A stretch of DNA of 60,290 bases from Halorhodospira sp. (GTDB lineage: Bacteria > Pseudomonadota > Gammaproteobacteria > Nitrococcales > Halorhodospiraceae): contig SKJZ01000039.1 of assembly GCA_007121755.1 (NCBI GenBank), forward strand, positions 1 through 60,290, in the 5' to 3' direction. This document shows positions 8,499-17,792 of this stretch, in pieces. The position numbers and the translations under genes were made by a program. Positions within the stretch are counted from its first letter, which is position 1. The number at the start of each line of letters is the position of its first letter. Below the pieces are notes generated by a model. The model made no database searches. It was not told the origin of the DNA and saw nothing but the letters and a program-made list of their open reading frames with translations.

Positions 8499-9734
8499 AT
8501 GTCTTTTAATGTTGCTTTGACCGGTATCAATGCGGCCTCCAAGGATCTCGAGGCCACCAGTAACAACCTGGCCAACTCGGGGACTACGGGATTCAAACGG
8601 TCGCGGGCCGAGTTCAACGACCTCTTCGCCATGGGGCCGATGGGGATTCCGCAACTCGCGATCGGCCAAGGTGCGCGCCTGGCCAACGTCGGGCAGATGT
8701 TTACCCAGGGCTCTTTCGACTTTACCGAGCGTAGCCTCGACCTGGGGATCGAGGGCGGCGGCTTCTTCCGGTTGGAAGACGACGGTGCGGTCACCTATTC
8801 ACGGGCCGGGCAGTTTGAAGTCGATCGAGAAGGCTATATCGTCAACAACACGGGTAAGCGGTTGACCGGTTACCGGACCGACGAGGCGGGGAACCGTATC
8901 GGCGATGGCCGGGATCAGTTGCGTTTGCCCACGGAAGGCATCCCCGCGCGTTCCACAAGCGGCGTGGAGGTGGGGGCCAACCTGAACGCCGATGTCGAGG
9001 CCATGGGACGGAACCAGGTGCCGTTCAACCCCGAGGATACCGAAACCTTCCACGAGTCGACCACGACCACGGTGTACGACTCCCAAGGGTCGGCGCGGGA
9101 TGCGACGTTCTATTTCGTTAAGAGGGGACCGAATGATTGGGACGTCTATACCGAGATCGAGGGTATGGACTGGGACGATGAGAATTCTCCCTATTTCGGT
9201 CCTCATCAGTTGGAGTTTGATGAGGCCGGTAATTTGGCCGGTGAGAACGGGGTAGCGGCCTACGAAGGCGAGTTTGCCGCGGCCGTGGAGGACCTGGATA
9301 TCGAGGTCGACTTCCGCGAGGTGACGCAGTTCGCCCGCCCGTTCAGCGTCACCCGCGTCAGCCAGGATGGATATGCCGCGGGTGAGTTCGAGAACGTCGA
9401 CGTGGAGAAGGACGGCCGGATCTTCGCTCGGTACAGCAACGGGCAGGCCCAGGTGGTGGGGCAGGTCGGATTGACCAGCTTCCCGTCGGAGGAGCGGCTT
9501 CTCAGCGTCGGCGAAACTTCCTGGCAGGAGACCTTCGAGGCCGGAGATCCGCTGATCGGGGTGCCCGGGCAGGGGACGTTCGGCAGGATCGAGAATGGCG
9601 CGTTGGAGCAGTCGAACGTCGATGTGGCGCATGAGCTGGTGAACATGATTACCGCCCAGCGGAACTTCTCCGCCAATGCGCGCATGGTCACCACTCAGGA
9701 CCAGATCACCCAGGAGATTATCAACATCCGGTAA
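8499..9734 (+). CDS. flgE: Flagellar hook protein FlgE
   Basis: N-terminus MSFNVALTGINAASKDLEATSNNLANSGTTGFK. C-terminus NVDVAHELVNMITAQRNFSANARMVTTQDQ. Confidence 0.92.
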   Translation: MSFNVALTGINAASKDLEATSNNLANSGTTGFKRSRAEFNDLFAMGPMGIPQLAIGQGARLANVGQMFTQGSFDFTERSLDLGIEGGGFFRLEDDGAVTYSRAGQFEVDREGYIVNNTGKRLTGYRTDEAGNRIGDGRDQLRLPTEGIPARSTSGVEVGANLNADVEAMGRNQVPFNPEDTETFHESTTTTVYDSQGSARDATFYFVKRGPNDWDVYTEIEGMDWDDENSPYFGPHQLEFDEAGNLAGENGVAAYEGEFAAAVEDLDIEVDFREVTQFARPFSVTRVSQDGYAAGEFENVDVEKDGRIFARYSNGQAQVVGQVGLTSFPSEERLLSVGETSWQETFEAGDPLIGVPGQGTFGRIENGALEQSNVDVAHELVNMITAQRNFSANARMVTTQDQITQEIINIR

Positions 9735-9737
9735 GGA

Positions 9738-9762
9738 GGGAGCGGCCTCCGGGCCGCTTCCC
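9738..9762 (+). terminator. GC-rich stem-loop after flgE, possibly an attenuator or mRNA-stabilising hairpin
   Basis: GGGAGCGGCC-TCCG-GGCCGCTTCCC (10-11 bp stem with one bulge). No T-tract follows. Confidence 0.35.
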
Positions 9763-9779
9763 GCTGAGGTGACAAGCCT

Positions 9780-10520
9780 ATGGACCGTCAGCTCTACATT
9801 GCGATGACCGGGGCGAAGCACTCCCTGGAGGCGCAGCGCCACAACAATAACAACCTGGCCAATGCCAATACGCCGGGTTTCCGCGCTGACCTAGATAGCT
9901 TCTACCAGGCGCCAATGCACGGGCCGGGTTTCGCGACCCGGGCGTACGCTGAAGAGCTGCGAGCCGGAACCGACTTTTCTGGCGGAACGGTGATGACCAC
10001 CGGGCGGCCACTGGATGTCGCCATCCAGGACGAGGGGTGGTTTGTGGTGCAGGCGACGGACGGCAGCGAAGCGTATACCCGGCGCGGGGACTTCCAGGTC
10101 AACGCCGCCGGTTTGCTTACGACCGGTGACGGTCTGATGGTGATGGGCGAGGCGGGACCCATCGCGATTCCGCCGGACAGCAAGGTGGAGGTCGGGGATG
10201 ACGGTGTGATCACCGCGATACCCGACGGCGTCCCGGAGGCCCCGATACAGGTCGATCGCTTCCGGCTGGTGAATCCCCCTCTCGGGGGACTCTTCAAGCA
10301 CGAGGACGGGCTGTTTCGGTTGCACGATGGACAGGCCGCCCCGGATGACGCGGCGGTTCGGGTTAAGAGCGGTGCGCTGGAAGGCAGCAATGTGAATATG
10401 GCCGAGGCGTTGGTCCAGATGATCGATCACGCGCGGCAGTTCGAGACCCACGTCAAGATGATGACCACGGCCGAGCGGAACGAGGAGACATCGGCCCAAC
10501 TTCTCCGCCATCCAAGCTGA
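9780..10520 (+). CDS. flgF: Flagellar rod protein FlgF
   Basis: MDRQLYIAMTGAKHSLEAQRHNNNNLANANTPGFRAD. C-terminus SNVNMAEALVQMIDHARQFE. Confidence 0.9.
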   Translation: MDRQLYIAMTGAKHSLEAQRHNNNNLANANTPGFRADLDSFYQAPMHGPGFATRAYAEELRAGTDFSGGTVMTTGRPLDVAIQDEGWFVVQATDGSEAYTRRGDFQVNAAGLLTTGDGLMVMGEAGPIAIPPDSKVEVGDDGVITAIPDGVPEAPIQVDRFRLVNPPLGGLFKHEDGLFRLHDGQAAPDDAAVRVKSGALEGSNVNMAEALVQMIDHARQFETHVKMMTTAERNEETSAQLLRHPS

Positions 10521-10558
10521 TGGCCGTAACCGAGTAGCTGTTTAAGGAGATATAGGCG

Positions 10559-11344
10559 ATGAATCCGGCACTTTGGGTGAGCAAAACCGGCCTGGATGCG
10601 CAGCAGAAGAGCATGCAGGTGGTTTCCAACAACTTGGCGAACGTCAACACCAACGGATTCAAGAAGGATCGAGCGAATTTCGAGGATCTGTTCTACCAGA
10701 CGGTGCGTCAGCCCGGCGGGCAGTCGAGCCAGGACACGCTGCTGCCCACCGGCCTGATGCTCGGCACCGGCAGCCGCGTGGTCGGGACCGAGAAGATCCA
10801 TACCCAGGGCAACATTATCCAGACGGAGCGCAGCCTCGACGTGGCTATTGAGGGTAAGGGGTTCTTCCAGATCCTCCGGCCGGATGGCGAGGTGGCCTAC
10901 ACCCGTGACGGCGGCTTTCAGCTCAACCAGGACGGGCAGATCGTGACTTCCGGAGGGTACTTGCTGGAGCCGGCGATCGCGGTGCCCGAGGAGGCCGAGC
11001 ATGTGACGATCGGGACCGATGGCACGGTGAGCGCGAAGATGCCGGGGGAGGCGCAGCCTCAGGAACTTGGACAGTTGGAACTCGCGGATTTTATCAATCC
11101 GGCGGGGCTGCAGCCGGTCGGTGAAAACCTGTTTGTCGAGACGGCGGCCAGTGGCGGCCCATTGATCGGTGTCCCCGGAGAGAACGCGCTCGGGACGGTG
11201 ATGCAGGGGGCGCTGGAGTCTTCCAATGTCAATATCGCCGAAGAGTTGGTCAACATGATTGAGACGCAGCGCGGCTTTGAGACCAATACACGGGCGCTCT
11301 CCACGACCGATCAGATGCTGCAATTCATGAACCAGAACGTCTGA
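10559..11344 (+). CDS. flgG: Flagellar distal rod protein FlgG
   Basis: MNPALWVSKTGLDAQQKSMQVVSNNLANVNTNGFK. C-terminus SNVNIAEELVNMIETQRGFETNTRALST. Confidence 0.95.
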   Translation: MNPALWVSKTGLDAQQKSMQVVSNNLANVNTNGFKKDRANFEDLFYQTVRQPGGQSSQDTLLPTGLMLGTGSRVVGTEKIHTQGNIIQTERSLDVAIEGKGFFQILRPDGEVAYTRDGGFQLNQDGQIVTSGGYLLEPAIAVPEEAEHVTIGTDGTVSAKMPGEAQPQELGQLELADFINPAGLQPVGENLFVETAASGGPLIGVPGENALGTVMQGALESSNVNIAEELVNMIETQRGFETNTRALSTTDQMLQFMNQNV

Positions 11345-11375
11345 ACCGGCCGGTAGCCGTAGGGGGTAATGGACG

Positions 11376-12044
11376 ATGAGGAGAGTCGCCTTCGCAGTGT
11401 GTGGCGCGATGGTGCTCGGCGCCTGCGCCCCGCTGCCGCCGGAGGACGCCCCGGAGCCGATGCCGCTGACCGCGCCACGGATCGACCTCTCCGACAATGG
11501 GAACGGCGAGGTGGGCATGATGTTCGAGGAAGAGCGGTCGCTGCGTCTGTTCGAGGATCGCAGCGCCCGGCGGCGTGGGGATCTGGTAACCGTGATAATC
11601 GAGGAACAGACCGCGGGGAATAAGTCCGTGAGTTCCAGTATGAACCGGTCCGCCGGCGCCGAAATACCGGCGCCGCGGATTGGCGATCAGGATTTGGAGA
11701 TCGCTGGGCGGCCTTTCGCCTTTGAGCACGAGGGGGATGCCGCGTTCGAAGGACAGGGGCAGGCGGATCAGGCGACCAACCTGACTGGCACGATCACCGC
11801 CGTGGTGGTCGACACGATGCCCAATGGCCATCTGGTCATACAGGGCGAGAAGGCCGTAACCGTTAGCCAGGGCCAGGAGTATGTGGTTGTTTCGGGGATC
11901 GTTCGCGCCGACGACGTGGCGCCGGACAACACTGTTTCATCCAATCTGATCGCGAATATGCAACTGAGCTACACCGGCAGTGAGACGATCGACGACACAA
12001 CGAAGCCCGGCTGGTTGACTCGCTTCCTTATGCGGCGCCTTTAG
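11376..12044 (+). CDS. flgH: Flagellar L-ring lipoprotein FlgH
   Basis: Lipobox (MVLGAC). FlgH core (DLVTVIIEEQTAGNKS, LVIQGEKAVTVSQGQEYVVVSGIVRADDV). Confidence 0.9.
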   Translation: MRRVAFAVCGAMVLGACAPLPPEDAPEPMPLTAPRIDLSDNGNGEVGMMFEEERSLRLFEDRSARRRGDLVTVIIEEQTAGNKSVSSSMNRSAGAEIPAPRIGDQDLEIAGRPFAFEHEGDAAFEGQGQADQATNLTGTITAVVVDTMPNGHLVIQGEKAVTVSQGQEYVVVSGIVRADDVAPDNTVSSNLIANMQLSYTGSETIDDTTKPGWLTRFLMRRL

Positions 12045-12101
12045 CCGATGCAATGTCTGTATCGACCGGAGTTTCTCAACGATTCAACCGGGATGGGGCC
12101 A

Positions 12102-13196
12102 ATGAAAATGGGTAAGCGCAAAATGGGAATCCGGCAAAAAGCGTGGTTCGATCGGGTAGTGCTGGGCGCCATGGTATTTGCCGTCCTGGCCGCGACGGGG
12201 GCCGCCGCGGCCGAGCGGATCAAGGATATCTCCACCATTTCCGGCGTTCGTAGTAATCAATTGGTGGGGTACGGCCTGGTAGTGGGGCTGGACGGGACCG
12301 GCGACCAGACGCCGTTCACGGAGCAAAGCCTGCGTTCCATGCTTGCGACTCAGGGGGTGACCGTGCCCCCGGACGTCGATCTCAGGACAGACAACGTCGC
12401 CGCGGTCATGGTCTCGGCGGAGTTGCCGGCGTTCGCCCGTTCCGGGCAGCGCATCGACATCACGGTCTCGTCCATTGGTAACGCTGAGACACTGCAGGGC
12501 GGGGAGCTCTTGATGACGCCGTTGCGTGGGGTGGACGATCGTATCTACGCCGTCGCCCAGGGAAGCGTCATTGTGGGTGGGCTCGGTTCCGCCGGCGCGC
12601 AGATCGACATCGAAACCCCCGGCACGGCTTCCATGCCGCGAGGGGCCATCGTGGAACGGCGAGCCCCGTCCAATTTCGCCGACCAGGATGAAGTAGTCCT
12701 CAATCTGAATACGCCCGATTTTACGACCGCACGGCGCACCGCCGAGGTTATTAACGAGCAGCTGGGTCCGAATACCGCGCGGGCCGCCGACGCGGTGACG
12801 GTACGCGTGCGGGCGCCTCGCGACCCGGACCGGCGGGTCAGCTTTATCTCCTTCCTGGAAGAGTTACGGGTTACTCCGGGAGAGGCGCCGGCGCGGGTCA
12901 TTGTGAACGCCCGGACCGGAACCATTGTCATGGGGTCCAAAGTGCGCGTGCTCCCGGCGGCGGTGACCCACGGCAGTATGACCGTGGCGATTGAGGGGGC
13001 GCCAGAAGCGGAACTGAACGGAGAAGCGGCGGCCGATGGGGGCGAGGATTCGATGTTTGTCTTTGAGCCGGGGGCCGATCTCAACGAGATCGTGAACGCG
13101 GTGAACAGCGTCGGCGCCAGCCCAGGGGACTTGGTCGCGATCCTGGAAGCCCTGAAGGCGGCGGGCGCCTTGCGGGCGGAACTACTGGTGATCTAG
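12102..13196 (+). CDS. flgI: Flagellar P-ring protein FlgI
   Basis: Signal peptide followed by ERIKDISTISGVRSNQLVGYGLVVGLDGTGDQ. The ORF is open from 12048 and the start is ambiguous (Met codons at 12093, 12102, 12108 and 12123). Confidence 0.9.
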   Translation: MKMGKRKMGIRQKAWFDRVVLGAMVFAVLAATGAAAAERIKDISTISGVRSNQLVGYGLVVGLDGTGDQTPFTEQSLRSMLATQGVTVPPDVDLRTDNVAAVMVSAELPAFARSGQRIDITVSSIGNAETLQGGELLMTPLRGVDDRIYAVAQGSVIVGGLGSAGAQIDIETPGTASMPRGAIVERRAPSNFADQDEVVLNLNTPDFTTARRTAEVINEQLGPNTARAADAVTVRVRAPRDPDRRVSFISFLEELRVTPGEAPARVIVNARTGTIVMGSKVRVLPAAVTHGSMTVAIEGAPEAELNGEAAADGGEDSMFVFEPGADLNEIVNAVNSVGASPGDLVAILEALKAAGALRAELLVI

Positions 13197-13202
13197 GAGG
13201 TT

Positions 13203-14207
13203 TTGGTGCGTGATGCTCACATGCTCGGCAACGCGCTGCAGCCCGAAGGGCTGACCAGCCTGCGCGGCCGGCTCCAGCAGCCGACGGCCGAAGACATCCG
13301 TGAGGTCGCCCAGCAGTTCGAGAGTGTCTTCGTCGAGATGATGCTCAAACAGATGCGCGCCGCCACACCAGGGGAGAGCATGTTTGGCGGGAATGCGGAA
13401 GATACCTATCGCAGCCTGTTCGACCGCCAGATGGCTCTGCAAGTTGCCCGGGGCGAGGGGATCGGATTGGCGCCGATGATCGAGCGCGAGATGCGGCGCA
13501 ACGTTGGGCTGGAGACCGATGAGGCGCAGGCCGTGCGGGGGTTGGAGGACTACCGCCGGCAGCCGGTCACCCTTCCCCGGTCCGCGGATGAATCAGCGGT
13601 GAGTGGCGTGGTGGAACCGGGCGGTGCCGAGAGCGCGGCGCCCGAAGACCGCGGGGGGGCAACCGGGCTGGGCGGTAAGGGTCCGGCTTGGAGTACCCCG
13701 GAAGAGTTCGTCGAGGCCATTGGGCCAGCCGCCAGACGCACCGCCGAAAAGTTGGGAGTGCCGGCGGTGGCGCTTGTCGCCCAGGCTGCCTTGGAGACCG
13801 GCTGGGGGCAACATGTGATTCGGGACGGCGAGGGGCGTAGCTCCAATAACCTGTTCAATATCAAGGCGCACACCTCCGCATGGAAGGATGAGAGTGTCCG
13901 TGTGCCGACATTGGAGTATCGTGACGGAATACCGCAGCGGGAGTTCGCTGATTTTCGCGTTTACGACTCGGTGGAGGATAGCTTCCGCGACTACGCCGAC
14001 TTTCTTCAACGCAACCCCCGTTATCGGGCGGCCCTGGAGGTTGGCGACGACCCGTCGCGCTTCGTAAGGGCCTTGCAACAGGCCGGTTACGCCACCGATC
14101 CGCGCTACGCCGAGAAGTTGGAGCGGATCATGGAGAGCACGCGCGGTGACCACGTTCGCGCGGGCGCGGATGTGCTCAAGATTCCGGACGATGTGCCGAC
14201 AGGTTAA
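13203..14207 (+). CDS. flgJ: Rod-cap/peptidoglycan hydrolase FlgJ (rod-binding + glucosaminidase domains)
   Basis: N-terminal rod-binding motif VAQQFESVFVEMMLKQMR. C-terminal muramidase-like motifs (AALETGWGQHV, NNLFNIK, YATDPRYAEKL). Confidence 0.9.
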   Translation: MVRDAHMLGNALQPEGLTSLRGRLQQPTAEDIREVAQQFESVFVEMMLKQMRAATPGESMFGGNAEDTYRSLFDRQMALQVARGEGIGLAPMIEREMRRNVGLETDEAQAVRGLEDYRRQPVTLPRSADESAVSGVVEPGGAESAAPEDRGGATGLGGKGPAWSTPEEFVEAIGPAARRTAEKLGVPAVALVAQAALETGWGQHVIRDGEGRSSNNLFNIKAHTSAWKDESVRVPTLEYRDGIPQREFADFRVYDSVEDSFRDYADFLQRNPRYRAALEVGDDPSRFVRALQQAGYATDPRYAEKLERIMESTRGDHVRAGADVLKIPDDVPTG

Positions 14208-14246
14208 GTGAGAGACGGACCCGCGGGTCCGCACAGGTAGAGCGCC

Positions 14247-16268
14247 ATGGCAGACATACTGCAGACTGGGATCTCCGGGCTCCGCGCTTCGCAGCGCGGA
14301 CTGGCGACTACTTCGCACAATATCTCCAACGTCAACACCGACGGCTTCAGCCGCCAGCGGGTGGAGCAGGATAGCTCACTGCCCAAATACTTCTCGCGGG
14401 GCGCGATCGGCACCGGCACGCAGGTACAGACCATCGCCCGGATGAGCGAAGAGACCCGTGTGGACGCCCTTCGGCGGAACCACACTGAGTACGAGCGGCT
14501 GGATACGCTGCAGGAGATGACCGGGCGGATCGACAATCTGGTGGCCGACCCCGACGCCGGCCTCAGCCCGGTGCTGCGGGGGTTCTTCGACGCGGTGGAG
14601 GAGGTGGCCAACGACCCCTCCAATACCGTTGCCGCCCAACAGTTGTTGACCCAGGGGCAAACCTTGGTGGACCGGTTTGATACGCTGGACCGGCGATTGC
14701 TCGATCTGGGTAACGACGTCAATAAACGGATTGAGGTGCAGGCCGAGCAGGTGAACGGCTTGGCGGAGTCGATAGCCGACTTGAATAATGAGATCCGCCG
14801 CCGGTGGTTACGGCCGGAGCGGCCGCCCAATGATCTGCTCGATCGCCGCGAGGAGAAGATTCGTGAGCTTTCGGAGTTGGTCGAGGTGCGTATTACGCAC
14901 CAGGATGATCTGGCGCTGAACGTGGCGATCGGCAGCGGTCAGCCGCTGGTTACCGGTGACCGGGCCAATGAGGTTCAAGTGGTGCAGAACCCCTACGATC
15001 CCGAGCGGCCCGAGTTGGCGGTGAAGGTCGGGGAGCGGGAGCTGCAGGTCAGCCAGTCCATACGTGGTGGAACCCTCGGCGGTTTGTTGGAGTTCCGCGA
15101 CGACGTCCTGGATAAGACGCGGGACGAGTTGGGCAGGGTCGCTACCTCGGTGGCGGCTGCCTTCAACGAGCAGCACAATCGCGGCGTCCAATTTGATGCC
15201 GGCCATCCGCTCCCCGGTGGGGATTTTTTCCGTCACGCGGAGGTCAGTGTCGCGCGGCATCCGCGTAACGAAGGAAGCGAACGGCCCGAGGTGGTGATTG
15301 ACCGGGATGATATTGGAGGTCTCACCGGCCAGAACTACCTGTTGACCCAGGTCGACGGCGACTGGGTGCTGCGGACAGAAGGGCATTCCGAAGAGCGGGC
15401 GCTCGGTCTCGACATTGAAGCCGACGCGGACGGGCGCTACCGCGTGGACGGAATGATCATTGCGCCGCCAAGCGATGCCGCCGATGGGGATCAGTTCCGG
15501 ATCGCGCCCACCCGGGAAGGCGCCCGGGAGGTCGAAGTCCGCCTGTCGCGTCCCACTCAGGTGGCTACGGCCGCACCGGCGCTTACCGGCGAGGCCCTCA
15601 ATGACGAGGGGCAGAGTATCAATAGCGGGCGTGGCCATATCAGTTTGCCCGTCGTTGGGGATGCACGGGGCGTGATGGAGGCGTTGGAGGAGGGAGGCGC
15701 TCTGTCCAAGGGGGTGACCCTGGAGTACGTGGAGGAGGCCAACGGCGACTCCTTCTTCCAAGTGTATGTCGGGGGCGAGGCTTTACCCGGCGCGAGACTC
15801 GCCTACCAACCGAGCGATCCCCAACTGGGCGAGGTCTATAACCTGTCCGAGGTCGAGGGGCTGGAGGGGCTCGATATCGAGATCCGCCTGTACGGGGAGC
15901 CCGATACAGGCGACCGGTTTGCGGTGACCGGTAACTATGAAGGCATTGGCGATAACACCAACGCGCTGCGGTTGGCGGAATTGGCCGAGACGGGGATTAT
16001 GGATCGCGGTAACAGCACGTTCCAGGAGGCGTACAGCTCGATGGTCGGCGAGGTGGGTGCCTACAGCGCACGGGTTCAGACCAATCGGGATGCCCAGTAC
16101 GCCTTGTTGCAACAGGCCGAGGAGGCGTGGGAATCGCTCTCCGGGGTGAACCTCGACGAAGAGGCCGCCAAGATGATGGAATTACAGCGGTCCTACCAAG
16201 CCGCGGCACAGGTGATCACCACCGCCGATGAAATCTTCCGGGAACTGCTCATGGCGGTCCGGCGCTAG
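14247..16268 (+). CDS. flgK: Hook-filament junction protein FlgK (HAP1)
   Basis: MADILQTGISGLRASQRGLATTSHNISNVNTDGFSRQ. C-terminus GVNLDEEAAKMMELQRSYQAAAQVITT. Confidence 0.9.
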   Translation: MADILQTGISGLRASQRGLATTSHNISNVNTDGFSRQRVEQDSSLPKYFSRGAIGTGTQVQTIARMSEETRVDALRRNHTEYERLDTLQEMTGRIDNLVADPDAGLSPVLRGFFDAVEEVANDPSNTVAAQQLLTQGQTLVDRFDTLDRRLLDLGNDVNKRIEVQAEQVNGLAESIADLNNEIRRRWLRPERPPNDLLDRREEKIRELSELVEVRITHQDDLALNVAIGSGQPLVTGDRANEVQVVQNPYDPERPELAVKVGERELQVSQSIRGGTLGGLLEFRDDVLDKTRDELGRVATSVAAAFNEQHNRGVQFDAGHPLPGGDFFRHAEVSVARHPRNEGSERPEVVIDRDDIGGLTGQNYLLTQVDGDWVLRTEGHSEERALGLDIEADADGRYRVDGMIIAPPSDAADGDQFRIAPTREGAREVEVRLSRPTQVATAAPALTGEALNDEGQSINSGRGHISLPVVGDARGVMEALEEGGALSKGVTLEYVEEANGDSFFQVYVGGEALPGARLAYQPSDPQLGEVYNLSEVEGLEGLDIEIRLYGEPDTGDRFAVTGNYEGIGDNTNALRLAELAETGIMDRGNSTFQEAYSSMVGEVGAYSARVQTNRDAQYALLQQAEEAWESLSGVNLDEEAAKMMELQRSYQAAAQVITTADEIFRELLMAVRR

Positions 16269-16281
16269 GAGATCGTGAGCC

Positions 16282-17574
16282 GTGCGTGTATCCACCAGCC
16301 ATATGCAGAATACCGGCGTCCAGAACATGACTGGACAGCAGCAGGGTATTACCGATACCCAGACCCAGTTGGCGAGTGGCCGCAAGGTCTTGCGCCCGTC
16401 CGACGATCCGCCGCGGGCGGCGCGTAGCCTCGATTTGGAGCGGGCAGTGCAGTCCGTTGAACGTTTCAACCGGAACGTTGACATGGCACGGACGCGGCTG
16501 AATCTCTCCGAAGCGACCATGGACCAGGCCGGGGACCAGTTGCAGCGCATTCGTGAACTGGCGGTCCAGGCAGCCAACGACAGCCAGGATCGGAGAACCC
16601 GCAGCTATATCGCATCGGAGGTGCGCGAGCGCTACCAGCAATTGGTGCAGCTTGCGAACAGCCAGGACGGTAACGGTGAATACCTCTTTGCCGGCGCGAA
16701 GACGAGGACGCGTCCGTTCAGTCTGGGGCCCGACGAGAAGGTGACCTACCTCGGCGATCAAAATCAACGCCAAGTGCGAATCGGCCCCGGCCGGCAGATC
16801 GCCGTCGACAACTCCGGCTTCGACGCCTTTATGAAGGTCTACCACGGCAACGCCCAGTACGACGCGCGCGAACATCCGGACAACACGGGCACCGGTGTGG
16901 CCACGGTGGTCGACCGTGGGGTCCAGCGCTTCGATCCCCATATCGACGAGTACCGGGTCCGCTTTGCCGAGGACGACCAGGGCAGCCTGCGCTACGCGGT
17001 GGAGCGTAGCCACGACATAACCGATCCCGCGGCGTGGGAGTGGGTGGTGCCGGCGGAGGGCGGCAACGGTCAGCCCCCGGCCATCGAGGACGCCCCCATC
17101 TATGAACAGGGCGCGACAATCGAGCTGGATGAGGGCATCCGGATCGTCTTGGATGGCGAGCCCGACCCGGCTGCCGACTTCGCTGCCGCCGATCCGGGCG
17201 ATACCTTCCATGTGCGTGGCAGCCGGCCGCAATCGATCTTCGATACGGTGAAACAGTTCATCGACGCGTTGGAGGAAGACGGCGAGGGGCCCGGATTCCG
17301 CAATGCAGTGAACCGGGCCATCGGCGATATCGATCTCGGCTTGGAGAACACCTTCCGGGTCCGCGCGGAGTTGGGTGCCCGCCAGTCGACGCTGGATACG
17401 GAGGAGGCCGGCAACCGGGCGGCCCTTGTTGACCTCCAGGAAGCGTTGTCCCGCGAGCAGGATCTCGACTACGCCGAGGCGACCGGCCGTTTCAATCAGG
17501 AGCTAACCGGCCTTCAGGCCGCCCAGATGTCTTTTAGCCGTATCCAAGACCTCTCGCTGTTCAATTATATCTAA
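16282..17574 (+). CDS. flgL: Hook-filament junction protein FlgL (HAP3)
   Basis: Flagellin-like N-terminus (MRVSTSHMQNTGVQNM, RIRELAVQAANDS) and C-terminus (LTGLQAAQMSFSRIQDLSLFNYI). Follows flgK. Confidence 0.9.
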   Translation: MRVSTSHMQNTGVQNMTGQQQGITDTQTQLASGRKVLRPSDDPPRAARSLDLERAVQSVERFNRNVDMARTRLNLSEATMDQAGDQLQRIRELAVQAANDSQDRRTRSYIASEVRERYQQLVQLANSQDGNGEYLFAGAKTRTRPFSLGPDEKVTYLGDQNQRQVRIGPGRQIAVDNSGFDAFMKVYHGNAQYDAREHPDNTGTGVATVVDRGVQRFDPHIDEYRVRFAEDDQGSLRYAVERSHDITDPAAWEWVVPAEGGNGQPPAIEDAPIYEQGATIELDEGIRIVLDGEPDPAADFAAADPGDTFHVRGSRPQSIFDTVKQFIDALEEDGEGPGFRNAVNRAIGDIDLGLENTFRVRAELGARQSTLDTEEAGNRAALVDLQEALSREQDLDYAEATGRFNQELTGLQAAQMSFSRIQDLSLFNYI

Positions 17575-17719
17575 CGGCATCACGCAAGCCCCTGTATGCC
17601 GCGCCCTTTATTGGCCTCGTGGTTAGGTGAGACCAAAGGCATCCCAGTCATATCGATCTGAGTGATAGCTGAAGACTAACAATATGCAGGTACGGCTTCG
17701 AATCTTCAATTAGAAACGC

Positions 17720-17738
17720 GAATCATTCTCGTTATCAT
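17720..17738. promoter_or_regulatory. Fur-box-like site upstream of the TonB-dependent receptor
   Basis: Reverse complement GATAACGAGAATGATTC matches 13 of 17 positions of the Fur consensus GATAATGATAATCATTA. Lies in an AT-rich 218-bp intergenic region about 55 bp upstream of the ATG at 17793. Confidence 0.4.
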
Positions 17739-17792
17739 GTGCGTTCCGTTTATGAGGTGGCTGTCAGCCGCAAAAGAAAGGAGCGCAGCGTG

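Noticed and set aside
14216-14231. 16-bp perfect GC palindrome CGGACCCGCGGGTCCG between flgJ and flgK.
   Set aside because: It is real, but short and GC-rich. It is most simply an intercistronic stem-loop (6-bp stem with a 4-nt loop), and nothing distinguishes it from background.
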